Positions 28,484-38,062 of a stretch of 64,000 nucleotides of DNA are shown piece by piece. A program made the position numbers and the translations under genes. Source of the stretch: Gemmatimonadales bacterium (lineage in GTDB: Bacteria > Gemmatimonadota > Gemmatimonadetes > Gemmatimonadales > GWC2-71-9). A model generated the notes under the pieces. That model ran no database searches, was not told the DNA's origin, and saw nothing but the letters and a program-made list of their open reading frames with translations. Numbering within the stretch: the first letter of the stretch is position 1; each line of letters opens with the position of its first letter. The DNA lies in contig OZ252244.1 of assembly GCA_965249575.1 (NCBI GenBank), forward strand, positions 2,240,001 to 2,304,000, in the 5' to 3' direction.

Positions 28484-29649
28484 TGATTCAGCAACAGTTT
28501 CGCGATGGTTTGCAGCTGCATGTTGCTCGTGCCTTCATATATCGTCCCGATCTTTGCGTCACGGTAGAACTTCTCGACCGGATATTCCTTGGTGTAGCCG
28601 TATCCGCCAAACAGCTCCACACACTGACTGGTCACGCGCTCGGCCGCCTGCGCGGAGAAGAGCTTGGCGATGGCTGCCTCGCGAGTGTAGGGTAGGCCGG
28701 CGTCGCGCAACCGGGCAGCGTTGTACACCAGCAGGCGCGCGGCCTCGAGATCGGTATCGGCTTGCGCCAACTGAAACTGCACGCCTTGGAAATCGGCGAT
28801 TGACTGGCCGAACTGCTGCCGCTCTCGCACGTAGACGAGCGCGGCCTCGAGGGCTCCCCGCGCCACGCCGATCATCTGCGCTCCAATCCCAATCCGTCCA
28901 CCATTGAGAGTCTCGATCGCTACCTTGTAGCCCTTGCCCACGTCGCCGAGCACGTTGTTATCCGGAACCTGGCAGCCGTCCAGAATCAACTCGGTGGTGC
29001 TCGAAGCTCGGATGCCGAGCTTGTCCTCCTTCTTCCCTACGCTGAACCCTGGAAAGTCGCGCTCGACGATGAACGCGGTGATTCCCTTATAGCCCTTCGA
29101 AGGGTCGACCGTCGCGAACACAATGAAGATGTCAGCCTCCGCGCCGTTGGTGATCCACAGCTTTTGCCCGTTCAGCACCCATCCACCCTCACGCTGTTCC
29201 GCGCGCGTGCTGAGCCCGAACGCATCAGATCCAGATCCGGTTTCCGATAACGCGTAGGCCCCGACGGTGCCACCCGCAAGCTGGGGCAGGTATCGCTGCT
29301 GGATATCGGCGTTTCCCCAGGTCATTAGGCAGTCGTTCACGAGCGTGTTCTGTACATCAACCAGCACTGCCGTGGACGCATCGACCGCACTCAGTTCCTC
29401 TACCGCGAGCACGGTCATGAAGAACGTGCCCCCGGCTCCTCCTAGGGATTCGCCCACGTCGATCCCCATCAACCCGAGCTCGGCGAACTTCGGCAAGAGC
29501 GACCGGTCGATCTCGCCCGCCCGGTCCATTGCGGCCACCATGGGGCCGACCTCGCTTTCTGCAAAACCGCGGACGGCAGATCGAAACATCTCCTCGTCTT
29601 CCGACAAGGCCGTGAGAGGCCGCATGGAGGTAGCGGGCGCCGTAGTCAT
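28480..29649 (-). CDS. Acyl-CoA dehydrogenase (short/branched-chain type)
   Basis: YALSETGSGSD, GQKLWITNG, KLGIRAS, RQQFG, GGYGY, IYEGTSNMQ. Confidence 0.95.
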   Translation of the reverse strand: MTTAPATSMRPLTALSEDEEMFRSAVRGFAESEVGPMVAAMDRAGEIDRSLLPKFAELGLMGIDVGESLGGAGGTFFMTVLAVEELSAVDASTAVLVDVQNTLVNDCLMTWGNADIQQRYLPQLAGGTVGAYALSETGSGSDAFGLSTRAEQREGGWVLNGQKLWITNGAEADIFIVFATVDPSKGYKGITAFIVERDFPGFSVGKKEDKLGIRASSTTELILDGCQVPDNNVLGDVGKGYKVAIETLNGGRIGIGAQMIGVARGALEAALVYVRERQQFGQSIADFQGVQFQLAQADTDLEAARLLVYNAARLRDAGLPYTREAAIAKLFSAQAAERVTSQCVELFGGYGYTKEYPVEKFYRDAKIGTIYEGTSNMQLQTIAKLLLNH

Positions 29650-29750
29650 CGAGTGGGCTCCGTGGGCCTTTGGCGATCCGAGCCTGTCAGGCCCCACCAA
29701 AGGTCCGCTTGAATATCAGCGGCTGAATCTAGGCGTCGACTGAGGGGTAC

Positions 29751-30446
29751 TCAACCGTCTTCGCCAACGATAACCCCGAACAGTCGGCGCGGTGTAGCCT
29801 CGAACGGCTGCGAGGGCCGATATACAGGGACCGGCCAGGAGGTGGGAACCCACTTGGATCGATCGGCGACCACGTAACAGGGCCGCCGCGCGTCCTGCGC
29901 GGCGAGTGCAAGCATACGAGTGCCGACCTTATTGACGACGAGGCGGGGGGTCACAGCATCCGCCCCGACCAGCGCGAGGTGCGCCGCGGCCAGCGACTCG
30001 CACATCAGCGTATCGGGGACCACCCGCACCGTGGCGCCCTGGCGCCGCAACAGGCGCGCGGTCTTTTGTCCCTCACCTCCCGGGAGGCTCTGGGCAATCG
30101 TCACGGTGAGGTCATGCCTCCCGAGTGCCGCCACAACCGTCGAGGAGTAGCTGATGGTGACCACGTGGGCGCCCTGCGGAATGAGGCGCCGGGCGTGCCG
30201 GGCGGCCGCTGCCGCCCCGAGGCGAAGCTCGCGCAGGAAGGCACGCCGGTCGGTCGAGCGGACCGCGTTCCACACCGCCCCCATGGCGGGGTGGGCCCGA
30301 CTCAGCCGGTTCGCCAGGCGCCGTACTTGGCCAGGGGAGCGGCCGCTCCGCTCGGCCGACTCGAGGATGCCGATTGCCCGCTCTGCAAGCTCGACGGCGC
30401 CGGAAGTACGATCGTCGAGAAAACCAGCCAGGCTGGGCGCGCTCAC
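29751..30446 (-). CDS. eIF-2B-like / sugar-phosphate isomerase family protein
   Basis: DRTSGA, HPAMGA, TISYSSTV, QSLPGGEG, VGADAV, NKVGT, FEATP. Confidence 0.8.
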   Translation of the reverse strand: MSAPSLAGFLDDRTSGAVELAERAIGILESAERSGRSPGQVRRLANRLSRAHPAMGAVWNAVRSTDRRAFLRELRLGAAAAARHARRLIPQGAHVVTISYSSTVVAALGRHDLTVTIAQSLPGGEGQKTARLLRRQGATVRVVPDTLMCESLAAAHLALVGADAVTPRLVVNKVGTRMLALAAQDARRPCYVVADRSKWVPTSWPVPVYRPSQPFEATPRRLFGVIVGEDG

Positions 30447-30907
30447 CGAGATGGGTGGGCGTCCTGCGAAGGAGGGATCCGGAGCGTCATCACGGTCGCG
30501 GTCTCGGGACAGGCCGAGATGAACTCGACCGACTGGAGAACCTCGGGCCGAACGGCGGCGCGCTGAACCGGTTCGAAGCCGAAGCGCGGGAAGAACCCCG
30601 CCGCAGTCTCCGTGAGTAGGTATACCGTATCCACACCGCGAGCTGATGCGAGACCCAGCGCCGCCTGAGTGAGTCTGGCGCCGTGCCCTCGCCCCTGCCG
30701 GTCGGAGCGGACGGCGACCGAGCGCAGCAGCCCGCTGGTGCCGTACACCTCTACAGCGGAACAGCCCACGATGCCGCCGTCCTCCCGCAGGACCACGGTC
30801 GTGTCCAGGTGGTCCCCAAGGCTCGCCTCCGGGAGACCGCTCGCCGAGAGGAGTTTCAGAATGGATGGCAGGTCTTTTCTGCTGGCTGAGTCAATTTGAG
30901 GGAGCAT
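30443..30907 (-). CDS. GNAT N-acetyltransferase (ArsN2-like)
   Basis: LLRSVAV..QGRGHG, YLLTETAAGFFPRFGF, SVEFISACP. Confidence 0.85.
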   Translation of the reverse strand: MLPQIDSASRKDLPSILKLLSASGLPEASLGDHLDTTVVLREDGGIVGCSAVEVYGTSGLLRSVAVRSDRQGRGHGARLTQAALGLASARGVDTVYLLTETAAGFFPRFGFEPVQRAAVRPEVLQSVEFISACPETATVMTLRIPPSQDAHPSR

Positions 30908-30960
30908 TCTCGGAACCCGCCATCATGCAGGGTGCGACGGTTCAAAGCCGGTCCGTCGAT

Positions 30961-32007
30961 TCAATAAGTCGCCCAATTGTCGACCCAGATTGGCACCCGT
31001 CGAAAGCCGGTGAGAGCGGCCAGCGAGGCGTCGATCACGCACTGGTCGTAGTCGATATCCTGATGCGAGCCGCCGATGGTGCCCGTCGGAGGTGCCGGGC
31101 CGCCGAGCAGCGTGTTCAAGCCCGACACGACCACGCCGTCGAAGTAGGTTTGATCGGCGTTGAAGTGGATCGTTCCTCCTACCAGAATGATGCCGTCCCA
31201 ACAGACTCGTGGAGACCCGGCAGTGGTCAAGTCTCCGCTCACGATCAGCAGGCCGGTTCCATACACGTTGGAGCCGGAGGCGGCGATGGTGGCATCGCCG
31301 AGGACGCGCGTGATTGGGTAACTGAAGTCCCCGAGCACGATCGAATCGTGGTCCGGCTTGATCCCGATGCTCAGGACCGAGTTCCAGTTGATCCCCGTGA
31401 GGTTGGCCACGATGCTGGGAGTGTCCTGCTCTACGACGATCGGTATGGAGCCGTCAACCGTGTATCCGGACACGTCGGGATTGCCTCCGGTTGGTACCCG
31501 AATGGCGGGCAGAGAGTCCCCGCTGCATGGATCGATTCCCCTGAACTCTCCCGCCCCGCCGGCAACGCGGTTGAGCAGGTTGATCGCAGTGAAGGGTGCG
31601 AGAACGTTGACCGTTGCTGTCTGCCACCTGGCGAACTGTGCGATGGTGCGAACTGCCTGGGGGTCGGCCCCAAGCGTGGGCTGGATGACGCTACCCGTCG
31701 AGCGCAGAACGTACGTCTGCGTGCTCGTCGCGGGTCCGGAGGCCTGGAGCACGTGTGCCACGACGTCGGCAAAGCCCCCCGCGACGTTGACTCGGGTGGA
31801 GTCGCCGTCTGCCGGTGCAGTTGCCGCGCTTCCTAGGTAGGACTCCAATCCAGCGTGGGCAGTGTTGAGCGCCAGGGTCGCCGCACCGGAGCTGTCCGCC
31901 AGCCGCCGGTCGGCCTGCACACGGGTGAACGCCGCCGCGAGCAAGACGGTGAGGAGGGATACGAGAAAGATGGTAAGTGGTAGCGCGAAGCCGTCTTGCT
32001 GGGTCAT
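30961..32007 (-). CDS. PilX-like pilus assembly protein (copy 2, intact)
   Basis: GFALPLTIFLVSLLTVLL N-terminus, AHAGLE, GTGLLIVSGDL; last gene of the minor-pilin cluster. Confidence 0.8.
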   Translation of the reverse strand: MTQQDGFALPLTIFLVSLLTVLLAAAFTRVQADRRLADSSGAATLALNTAHAGLESYLGSAATAPADGDSTRVNVAGGFADVVAHVLQASGPATSTQTYVLRSTGSVIQPTLGADPQAVRTIAQFARWQTATVNVLAPFTAINLLNRVAGGAGEFRGIDPCSGDSLPAIRVPTGGNPDVSGYTVDGSIPIVVEQDTPSIVANLTGINWNSVLSIGIKPDHDSIVLGDFSYPITRVLGDATIAASGSNVYGTGLLIVSGDLTTAGSPRVCWDGIILVGGTIHFNADQTYFDGVVVSGLNTLLGGPAPPTGTIGGSHQDIDYDQCVIDASLAALTGFRRVPIWVDNWATY

Positions 32008-32238
32008 CCGGCCTGGCCCCGGGGCGTTCCGGTCGGTCGACCTGCTGACGATTGGACGTCCGTAGGTGGCTAGAACCATTCCCGCTGGACCTGCTCCACT
32101 CGACATCGCAATCCCATCGCTTGTGATCGTCTCCGGACCACCCAACCCCATGTCAATCAATTCCCGATGGCCGCGCGGCGTCATGGGATCGCGGCCTGCC
32201 GGTGGTCATCGCTCTCCGGTGTCTGTCGCAGGCAATGA

Positions 32239-33296
32239 TCAATACGTAGCCCAATTGTCGATCCAGATCGGAACGCGTCGGAAACCTGTGAGTGCGTTGA
32301 GCGCAGCATCTATCGCGCACGTGTCGTAATCGATGTCTTGAATTGTGGACCAATGGTCCCGGCGGGAGGCGCGGGCCCGGGCAGCAACTCGTTCGACCCC
32401 GAAATGACCGCGCCGTCGAAGTACGTTCGGCTCGCGTTGAAGTTGATTTTGCCGCCCACCAGGATGATGCCATCCCAGTACACGCGGTTACCCGATGTCG
32501 TGAGGTCGCCTGTTACGATTAGCAGGCCGGTTCCAAACACCATGAACCCGGCGCTGTTGATCGTGGCGTCTCCTTGCACCCGCGTAACGGGGTAGCTGAA
32601 GTCCCAGAGCATGATTGAATCGTAATCTGGGATGATCCCGTCGCTTATGGCGGCGGCCCAATCAACTGCCGTTTGGGACGCGACGACTGCTGGTGTGTCC
32701 TGCTCGTTGACCAGGGGAGCCGAGCCACTCACGGCCTATCCCGAGACATCGGGATTGCCCCCCGTTGGCACCCGAATGGCGGACACCTGGTTACCCGAGC
32801 ACGCGTCGTTCCCCCTGAACTCACCGTTGCCACCGCCAATGCGGTTCACCCGATTGATGGCCGCGAAGGACGCAAGGGGGTTGATCGTCGCCGTTTGCCA
32901 TTGCGCGAAATGAGCCACGGTTCGACTTGCTCTGGGGTCGGCGCCTTGGGTCGGCTCGATCACGTAGCCGGTGGAGCGGAGAATGTACGTCTGGAGCAGC
33001 GTGGCCGGGCCGGCAGCCTGGACGACGTGGGCGCCGACGTCGGCGTATCCGTTGACCAAATTCACCCGAACGGAATCGCCGTCAGGAGGCTGTGCAGTCG
33101 CGGATCCCATGTAACTCTCGAGGCCGGCGTGTGCGAGGTCGCGGGCCGTCAGGGAGGCGCCGCTGCTGTCGGCCACTCGCCGTTCCGCCTGCACCTGGGT
33201 GAAGGCCGCAACGAGCAGCACACTGAGGAGCGACACGAGAAAGATCGTTAGCGGCAGGGCGTATCCGTCGCGGCCGCGAATGGATGGCGCGGTCAC
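32239..33296 (-). pseudogene. PilX-like protein (copy 1): in-frame TAG at 32736-32738 and -1 frameshift near 32340
   Basis: Collinear with copy 2 from GYALPLTIFLVSLL to GFRRVPIWIDNWATY; SG*AV aligns to SGYTV. Confidence 0.85.
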
Positions 33297-34114
33297 GGCG
33301 TCACTCTGTTCAGGAATGCCACGCGAGTCCGCAGCTCGAACTTCTGTGGTTCGGGTGTGCCCTGTGCCGGCGAGTCGCTCGCCCCCACCAGGATGAGCTC
33401 GAGGCCTCTCGTCATGGTCAATGGGGCCGGCGGTGCGCTCTGGGGTGTCAGGTTCGGGCCGACCAGAAAACGGAATCCCGAAGAGGTATCGAACGGTGCA
33501 ACCAGCTCTTCGTCGACCCCCGCGCCCACCCGCCGCCAGAGCGCCGTCCTCCCCGGCAGATCGACCGAAGGCGCGAACCGGTAGCGGACCTGTTGATAGA
33601 GAAAAAACAGCGTGCCTGACGGAGCCGTCGGGGTCGTCGGGGTCATCTGGATGAGCTTCCCGCCGGGAAGTACCCGAACGCTGTCCGCGGTACACGACGC
33701 CACATCTGCGGATGCCGCGACAGTGGCTGGCCACGCCGTGAAGTACGCGTCATTGGCGGCCCTCCACTGATATCCTTCGGGAACGGCAGACGCATACATC
33801 AGGGAATCCGGCGGCACCAACGCAGCGATTCGCACCGCGCCGCTCACACGGCACATCATACCAAAAGCATACGGAACACGGAGGACGATTTGCTTGTTCG
33901 AAGCGGTCGTGAGTCCGAAGTCGGCTACCATCCGGATCTCCTCGGCCGCGACGTTCATCGCCGCGCGCGACGCCTGCCGGGCGCTCATCATCGTCTCTTG
34001 GCGGCTCACGAAGCGAGACTCGTTGATGAGAACTCTCGTGAGCGCGATGCCCATCAGCCCGAGCACGGTGAGGGCGATGAGAACCTCAGTGAGGGTGAAT
34101 CCGCGGCGATTCAT
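33293..34114 (-). CDS. Minor pilin, PilW-like
   Basis: Prepilin cleavage/methylation motif RRG-FTLTEV. Confidence 0.88.
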   Translation of the reverse strand: MNRRGFTLTEVLIALTVLGLMGIALTRVLINESRFVSRQETMMSARQASRAAMNVAAEEIRMVADFGLTTASNKQIVLRVPYAFGMMCRVSGAVRIAALVPPDSLMYASAVPEGYQWRAANDAYFTAWPATVAASADVASCTADSVRVLPGGKLIQMTPTTPTAPSGTLFFLYQQVRYRFAPSVDLPGRTALWRRVGAGVDEELVAPFDTSSGFRFLVGPNLTPQSAPPAPLTMTRGLELILVGASDSPAQGTPEPQKFELRTRVAFLNRVTP

Positions 34115-34115
34115 C

Positions 34116-34532
34116 TCAGTTCAGCGGTGAAGATGGTAAAGGCCGGTTGCGGTCGATCACCACCGTGTCGGGCGGCGCGACCAGACCGCCCGTGGGGGCG
34201 ATCACCACCGTCACGCGCCTCATGCTCGACGAGAGCGACTGTACCGTGGAGCAGCGAGTGTACACGAGCTGGCCCGTGGTATCTGTGCTGCAGCCGATCG
34301 GCCCGCCCGGCAGCACCTCCGGGAGGCTATCCCATGGCATGCCGCGCACCCATGTCGAGGTGTTCTGCTGTGCCGCGCTTCGGTAAACCCGCGCAATCGA
34401 GTGGCGTGTATGGCGAGCCACCTGAAACATCAGGCCTCCGAGTGCGACGAGCACTACGGCGAAGATCGAGATTGCGACCACGACCTCAATCAGTGTCATA
34501 CCGCTCTCCGGGGGCCGCTGGTCAGGGAACAC
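34116..34532 (-). CDS. Minor pilin, PilV-like
   Basis: G-MTLIEVVVAI motif. Confidence 0.85.
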   Translation of the reverse strand: MFPDQRPPESGMTLIEVVVAISIFAVVLVALGGLMFQVARHTRHSIARVYRSAAQQNTSTWVRGMPWDSLPEVLPGGPIGCSTDTTGQLVYTRCSTVQSLSSSMRRVTVVIAPTGGLVAPPDTVVIDRNRPLPSSPLN

Positions 34533-34983
34533 TGATCACTCGGACCTGTCCGGCCCGCGTGAGCCGAACCTTTCGCCGGTATCCATTGAGGCCCAGCGTG
34601 TAAGTAGTCATTTGCCGCGCGGTTCCGTTGGGAAAAATCTCCGCCGAGGTTGGCGTAACGGTCAACTCATCGATGTTCAGGTCGGTATCAGCCCCCATAA
34701 AACGAGTGCGGAATACGGTCGAGGTCTGGGCATCCCGAATCAGGTACTGTTTGAGCGCCGAGTTCGCGATCACCACTACGGGCTTCCGCTGGCGCACGGC
34801 CAGCATCTGGCTGTACTGCAAGTCGGCGGCTAGGACTGCCGCCGCCGAATTGACCCGGGCGTGCTCTAGCGCGGGGGAGATCCGCTGATAGGCGATCGCG
34901 GAGACGACCCCCACGAGTGCGATCACGACCGCGAGTTCCACGAGCGTGAAGCCGGCGATTTTCGAGCGTCGAGTGCTTGTCAC
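34522..34983 (-). CDS. FimT/FimU/GspH-like pseudopilin
   Basis: G-FTLVELAVV; AADLQYSQMLAV; FPNG; GTG 34983 chosen because it lies downstream of the sigma54 motif. Confidence 0.85.
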   Translation of the reverse strand: MTSTRRSKIAGFTLVELAVVIALVGVVSAIAYQRISPALEHARVNSAAAVLAADLQYSQMLAVRQRKPVVVIANSALKQYLIRDAQTSTVFRTRFMGADTDLNIDELTVTPTSAEIFPNGTARQMTTYTLGLNGYRRKVRLTRAGQVRVISVP

Positions 34984-35005
34984 TTGTCCATCCGCCTTCC
35001 CGTGC

Positions 35006-35021
35006 TGCAAGGCAGGTGCCA
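35006..35021 (-). promoter_or_regulatory. Sigma54 (-24/-12) promoter of the minor-pilin operon
   Basis: Minus strand TGGCAC-CTGCC-TTGCA matches the TGGCAC-N5-TTGCW consensus; AT-rich IHF-like tract at ~35045-35085. Confidence 0.8.
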
Positions 35022-35265
35022 ATCGCTTCATAAGCTGTCAGAACTCGTCAATCTATTATACTACAATATGTTATGTATCATTTCGCCGCGGCTGTACGGG
35101 CCCGGATAAAGGGAACTGTGGCGGATCGCACACCCTTTTCGCGCCCTGCGGACGGCCCCTTTTGACCTCAGCCGCTCCCCCACAGCAGAGCGCCTTGCGG
35201 GCCCTTTCCCTCCATCAATAATTTGACGTCGTCCCGTCGCCTCATCCGTCCCTCGGGAGCCCGTT

Positions 35266-36258
35266 CTGCCCGATAGCGAATCACGATCCGCCAGAGAGCG
35301 GCTGCTCGAAATCCCGGCTGTTCCATTGGGCCATTACCCCACGCCCCTGCATGGGCTCCCCCGCCTTCGTGCAGCCCTGGGTGGTGGGCCACGAATACTC
35401 GTAAAACGGGATGACACGATTTCCTTCGCGTTCGGCGGCAACAAGGCGCGGAAGATGGAGCTCGTCGGGGCGCAGGCCGTGTCGGAGGGGGCCGATACCC
35501 TGATCACGATCGGGGGCGTCCATTCGAATCACGCCCGCGTCACGGCAGCCACGGCAGTGCGACTGGGGATGAAGTGCTTGCTGGTCATCAACGGTTCCCG
35601 TCCGGAGCATCCTGCCGGGAACGCCTTCTTGCACGAGCTGCTGGGCGCCGATATCGAATACGTCGCGACCCGCGACGAGCGCGTGCCTGCGATGCGGCGT
35701 GCGGCGGAGCGCCTCGTCGCCGAGGGTAAGCGGGCGTTCGAGATCCCGCTGGGGGCGTCGACGCCGATCGGCGCTCTGGCCTACGCTCGTGCCGTCGGCG
35801 AGGTCCTGCTACAGGGTCCCGCGCCAGATGCCATTGTCGTCGCCTCGTCCTCGGGCGGGACCCTCGCGGGGCTCCTCTTGGGCTGCCGGTTGCACGGACT
35901 CCAGACGCGGGTCTTAGGTGTGAGCGCGGATGACCCGGCGACGGTCATCCAGTCCGAGGTGCGCCGCATTTTGGATGGGGTCGGCGGCGTGCTTGGCCCC
36001 GAAGGCGAAGCGGCAGCTCGGGCTTGCCGCGTCGAGGTAAACGATTCGTACGTTGGCGAGGGGTACGGCATCCCCACCGCGGAATCTCGGGAAGCGGTGG
36101 AACTCGCTGCCCGATCAGACGGGCTTTTTCTCGATCCAACGTACACCGCCAAGGCCATGAGTGGCCTCATCGACCACGTTCGCCAAGGGTCGTTCGGCTC
36201 CGACGACACGGTGCTGTTCTGGCACACCGGCGGCCAGGTAGAGTTGGTCACTCGGTGA
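35266..36258 (+). CDS. D-cysteine desulfhydrase / ACC deaminase family PLP enzyme
   Basis: YPTPL, KRDD..GGNKARK, SNHAR, SSGGT, LDPTYTAK, FWHTGG; start CTG 35266 (GGAG upstream) or TTG 35326. Confidence 0.92.
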   Translation: MPDSESRSARERLLEIPAVPLGHYPTPLHGLPRLRAALGGGPRILVKRDDTISFAFGGNKARKMELVGAQAVSEGADTLITIGGVHSNHARVTAATAVRLGMKCLLVINGSRPEHPAGNAFLHELLGADIEYVATRDERVPAMRRAAERLVAEGKRAFEIPLGASTPIGALAYARAVGEVLLQGPAPDAIVVASSSGGTLAGLLLGCRLHGLQTRVLGVSADDPATVIQSEVRRILDGVGGVLGPEGEAAARACRVEVNDSYVGEGYGIPTAESREAVELAARSDGLFLDPTYTAKAMSGLIDHVRQGSFGSDDTVLFWHTGGQVELVTR

Positions 36259-36381
36259 GCGTCGGCCAGCGGACGGTCCAGGGTTGCTGCTCAGTCTGCC
36301 TTGAACCGGCCCCCCCACGGGACCGTCGTACACCGGCCGTTCCGCGAGTCGCCCCAGCATAGGGGAATTGGCGCCGGGCGT

Positions 36382-37044
36382 TCATGCTTTTGTCTGAGGT
36401 TTGGGTCGCGCTCGCTTTCGTATGCACCAGGTAGTCATGCATCGCTGGTTCTGGACATTGACGGTCTTGATGGGCTCGAGCAGATCTCCGCCCATTGTTT
36501 CAGTCACAGTTAGCAGCGTCCCCTCGTCGACCAAGAACCGCTCGCTGCCGTCCGGCAACCGGTAACGCATTCCGTGAACGAGTTGAATGCGGTCCTCGAT
36601 ACCGATGCTCGAAGCGAGCCGTGCGAAGAGAATCCCTCCCGGTTTCAGGACCCTCCACAACTCCTCGAGCATGGACCGGAAGTGGCTTTCGTCCAAAGCG
36701 AAATGGAGGAGTGCGTTCGCAATGACGGCGTCGAATTCGCTATCGGTGGCGGAAAGCCGCTCGACGCGCTCGACGAGGAAGTTCTCGGCTGAAAGCTCGG
36801 GGGCCATGCTAACGGCGAGCTCCCGGGCTGCCGCGATCGATGCGGCCGAGTCGTCGACGCCATGGACGTCGCAACCAATTCGAAAAAGGCTGACGAGGTT
36901 TCGCCCATCTCCGCATCCCGCATCCAAGACTCGCATTCCGGTGGTGATCCGGCCCTTGAGTAGCTGGTCGAAGAGGTAGATGTCGACGTCGCCGAGCCAT
37001 GCCCGGAGGTTGACCGGTGATGGCCCGGGTTCAGCGCCGCTCAT
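36382..37044 (-). CDS. Class I SAM-dependent methyltransferase
   Basis: VLDAGCGDGRN, FDAVI, RVLKPGG. Confidence 0.9.
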   Translation of the reverse strand: MSGAEPGPSPVNLRAWLGDVDIYLFDQLLKGRITTGMRVLDAGCGDGRNLVSLFRIGCDVHGVDDSAASIAAARELAVSMAPELSAENFLVERVERLSATDSEFDAVIANALLHFALDESHFRSMLEELWRVLKPGGILFARLASSIGIEDRIQLVHGMRYRLPDGSERFLVDEGTLLTVTETMGGDLLEPIKTVNVQNQRCMTTWCIRKRARPKPQTKA

Positions 37045-37181
37045 GGCATGCTCGTCGCGATCGTAGACTCACCGCCGGCCGTCGGGGGAGGCGTGTAACT
37101 GGTGCCATTCGATTCTATTCGGTGCGGTAAGTACGGCTGACCTGGGAAACCGGTCGGAGGGCGGGTACCTTCCCTGTCGTC

Positions 37182-38057
37182 ATGTCCGTCTCGAATCCCC
37201 CGCGTCCATCGAGCTTCCTCGAGCGCCTTCGGGGTGACCGGCCACTGATCGCGGTTGAGCTGCGGCCGCCCCCTACGGGCCTCTCGTTTGCTGAGGGGAT
37301 GGACACGTGGATCGACATGTATCACGCGATTCGACGCCTTTTGAGTCGAGATACGGTGTTGTTTCTGACCGACAACGCCGTCGGAGTGTCGGAAGAGGAG
37401 AACCTGCAGCACCTCACGACCAATTTGGCTGGGGACGTGCCTCCCGCGAAAGTGGTGCCTTTCCTGACTTGCAAGCACTCGATCGACTACTGCCTCATGT
37501 ATGCGGCCCGTGCCGCGTCCCACGGGTTTGAGGCTCTGACGGTGTTGGGCGGCGATCGATCGGTGGGGCCTCCGCGGTGCGTGGAATACGCGCACATGCT
37601 CCGGGAAATGATCCGAGATAAGGTCCCCTCACTTGCGCTGGGCGGCTGGGCCAATCCGCATCGCGACGCCGCGCAACAAGTCCGCTTCTTGCTGAACCCA
37701 CGCTACACGGCGGATTTCTTCCTCACCCAGATCGTATCGCATCACTCGATCAAACAAGTCGAGCGATTTCTGGAAGAGGCGCGGCGTCACGAAGTCCCGT
37801 ACCCGGCGGTATTCGGCGTCTTCGTCTACCGAAGCGCGAACCCTAACACGTTGGCGAGCCTTCAGCGATTCTTGCCCGTTCCGGCAGCGGAGATCACCAG
37901 GGAGTTCGGATCCGGCCTGAGCGCCGAAGAGATCTGTGCCCGAACCATCCGCGCGCTCCGGGACGTCGGCGTGGACAAGATCTACGTGAGCAACCTGGGC
38001 TTTCGGGGTGCCGACGATCGGTATCGGCAACTTCTCGAAGTGCTGGACGCGCACTGA
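37182..38057 (+). CDS. Divergent methylenetetrahydrofolate reductase-fold protein
   Basis: VELRPP, LTDN, FLTC, VLGGD, ANP, FFLTQ resemble MTHFR motifs. Confidence 0.65.
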   Translation: MSVSNPPRPSSFLERLRGDRPLIAVELRPPPTGLSFAEGMDTWIDMYHAIRRLLSRDTVLFLTDNAVGVSEEENLQHLTTNLAGDVPPAKVVPFLTCKHSIDYCLMYAARAASHGFEALTVLGGDRSVGPPRCVEYAHMLREMIRDKVPSLALGGWANPHRDAAQQVRFLLNPRYTADFFLTQIVSHHSIKQVERFLEEARRHEVPYPAVFGVFVYRSANPNTLASLQRFLPVPAAEITREFGSGLSAEEICARTIRALRDVGVDKIYVSNLGFRGADDRYRQLLEVLDAH

Positions 38058-38062
38058 GGTAT

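Noticed and set aside
32736..32738. Amber recoding (pyrrolysine or readthrough)
   Set aside because: It aligns to a Tyr TAC in the paralog, the same copy has a frameshift, and TAG is a normal stop elsewhere in the window.
30961..33296. Diversity-generating retroelement TR/VR pair
   Set aside because: Whole-gene paralogy with differences not limited to adenines; no reverse transcriptase in the window.
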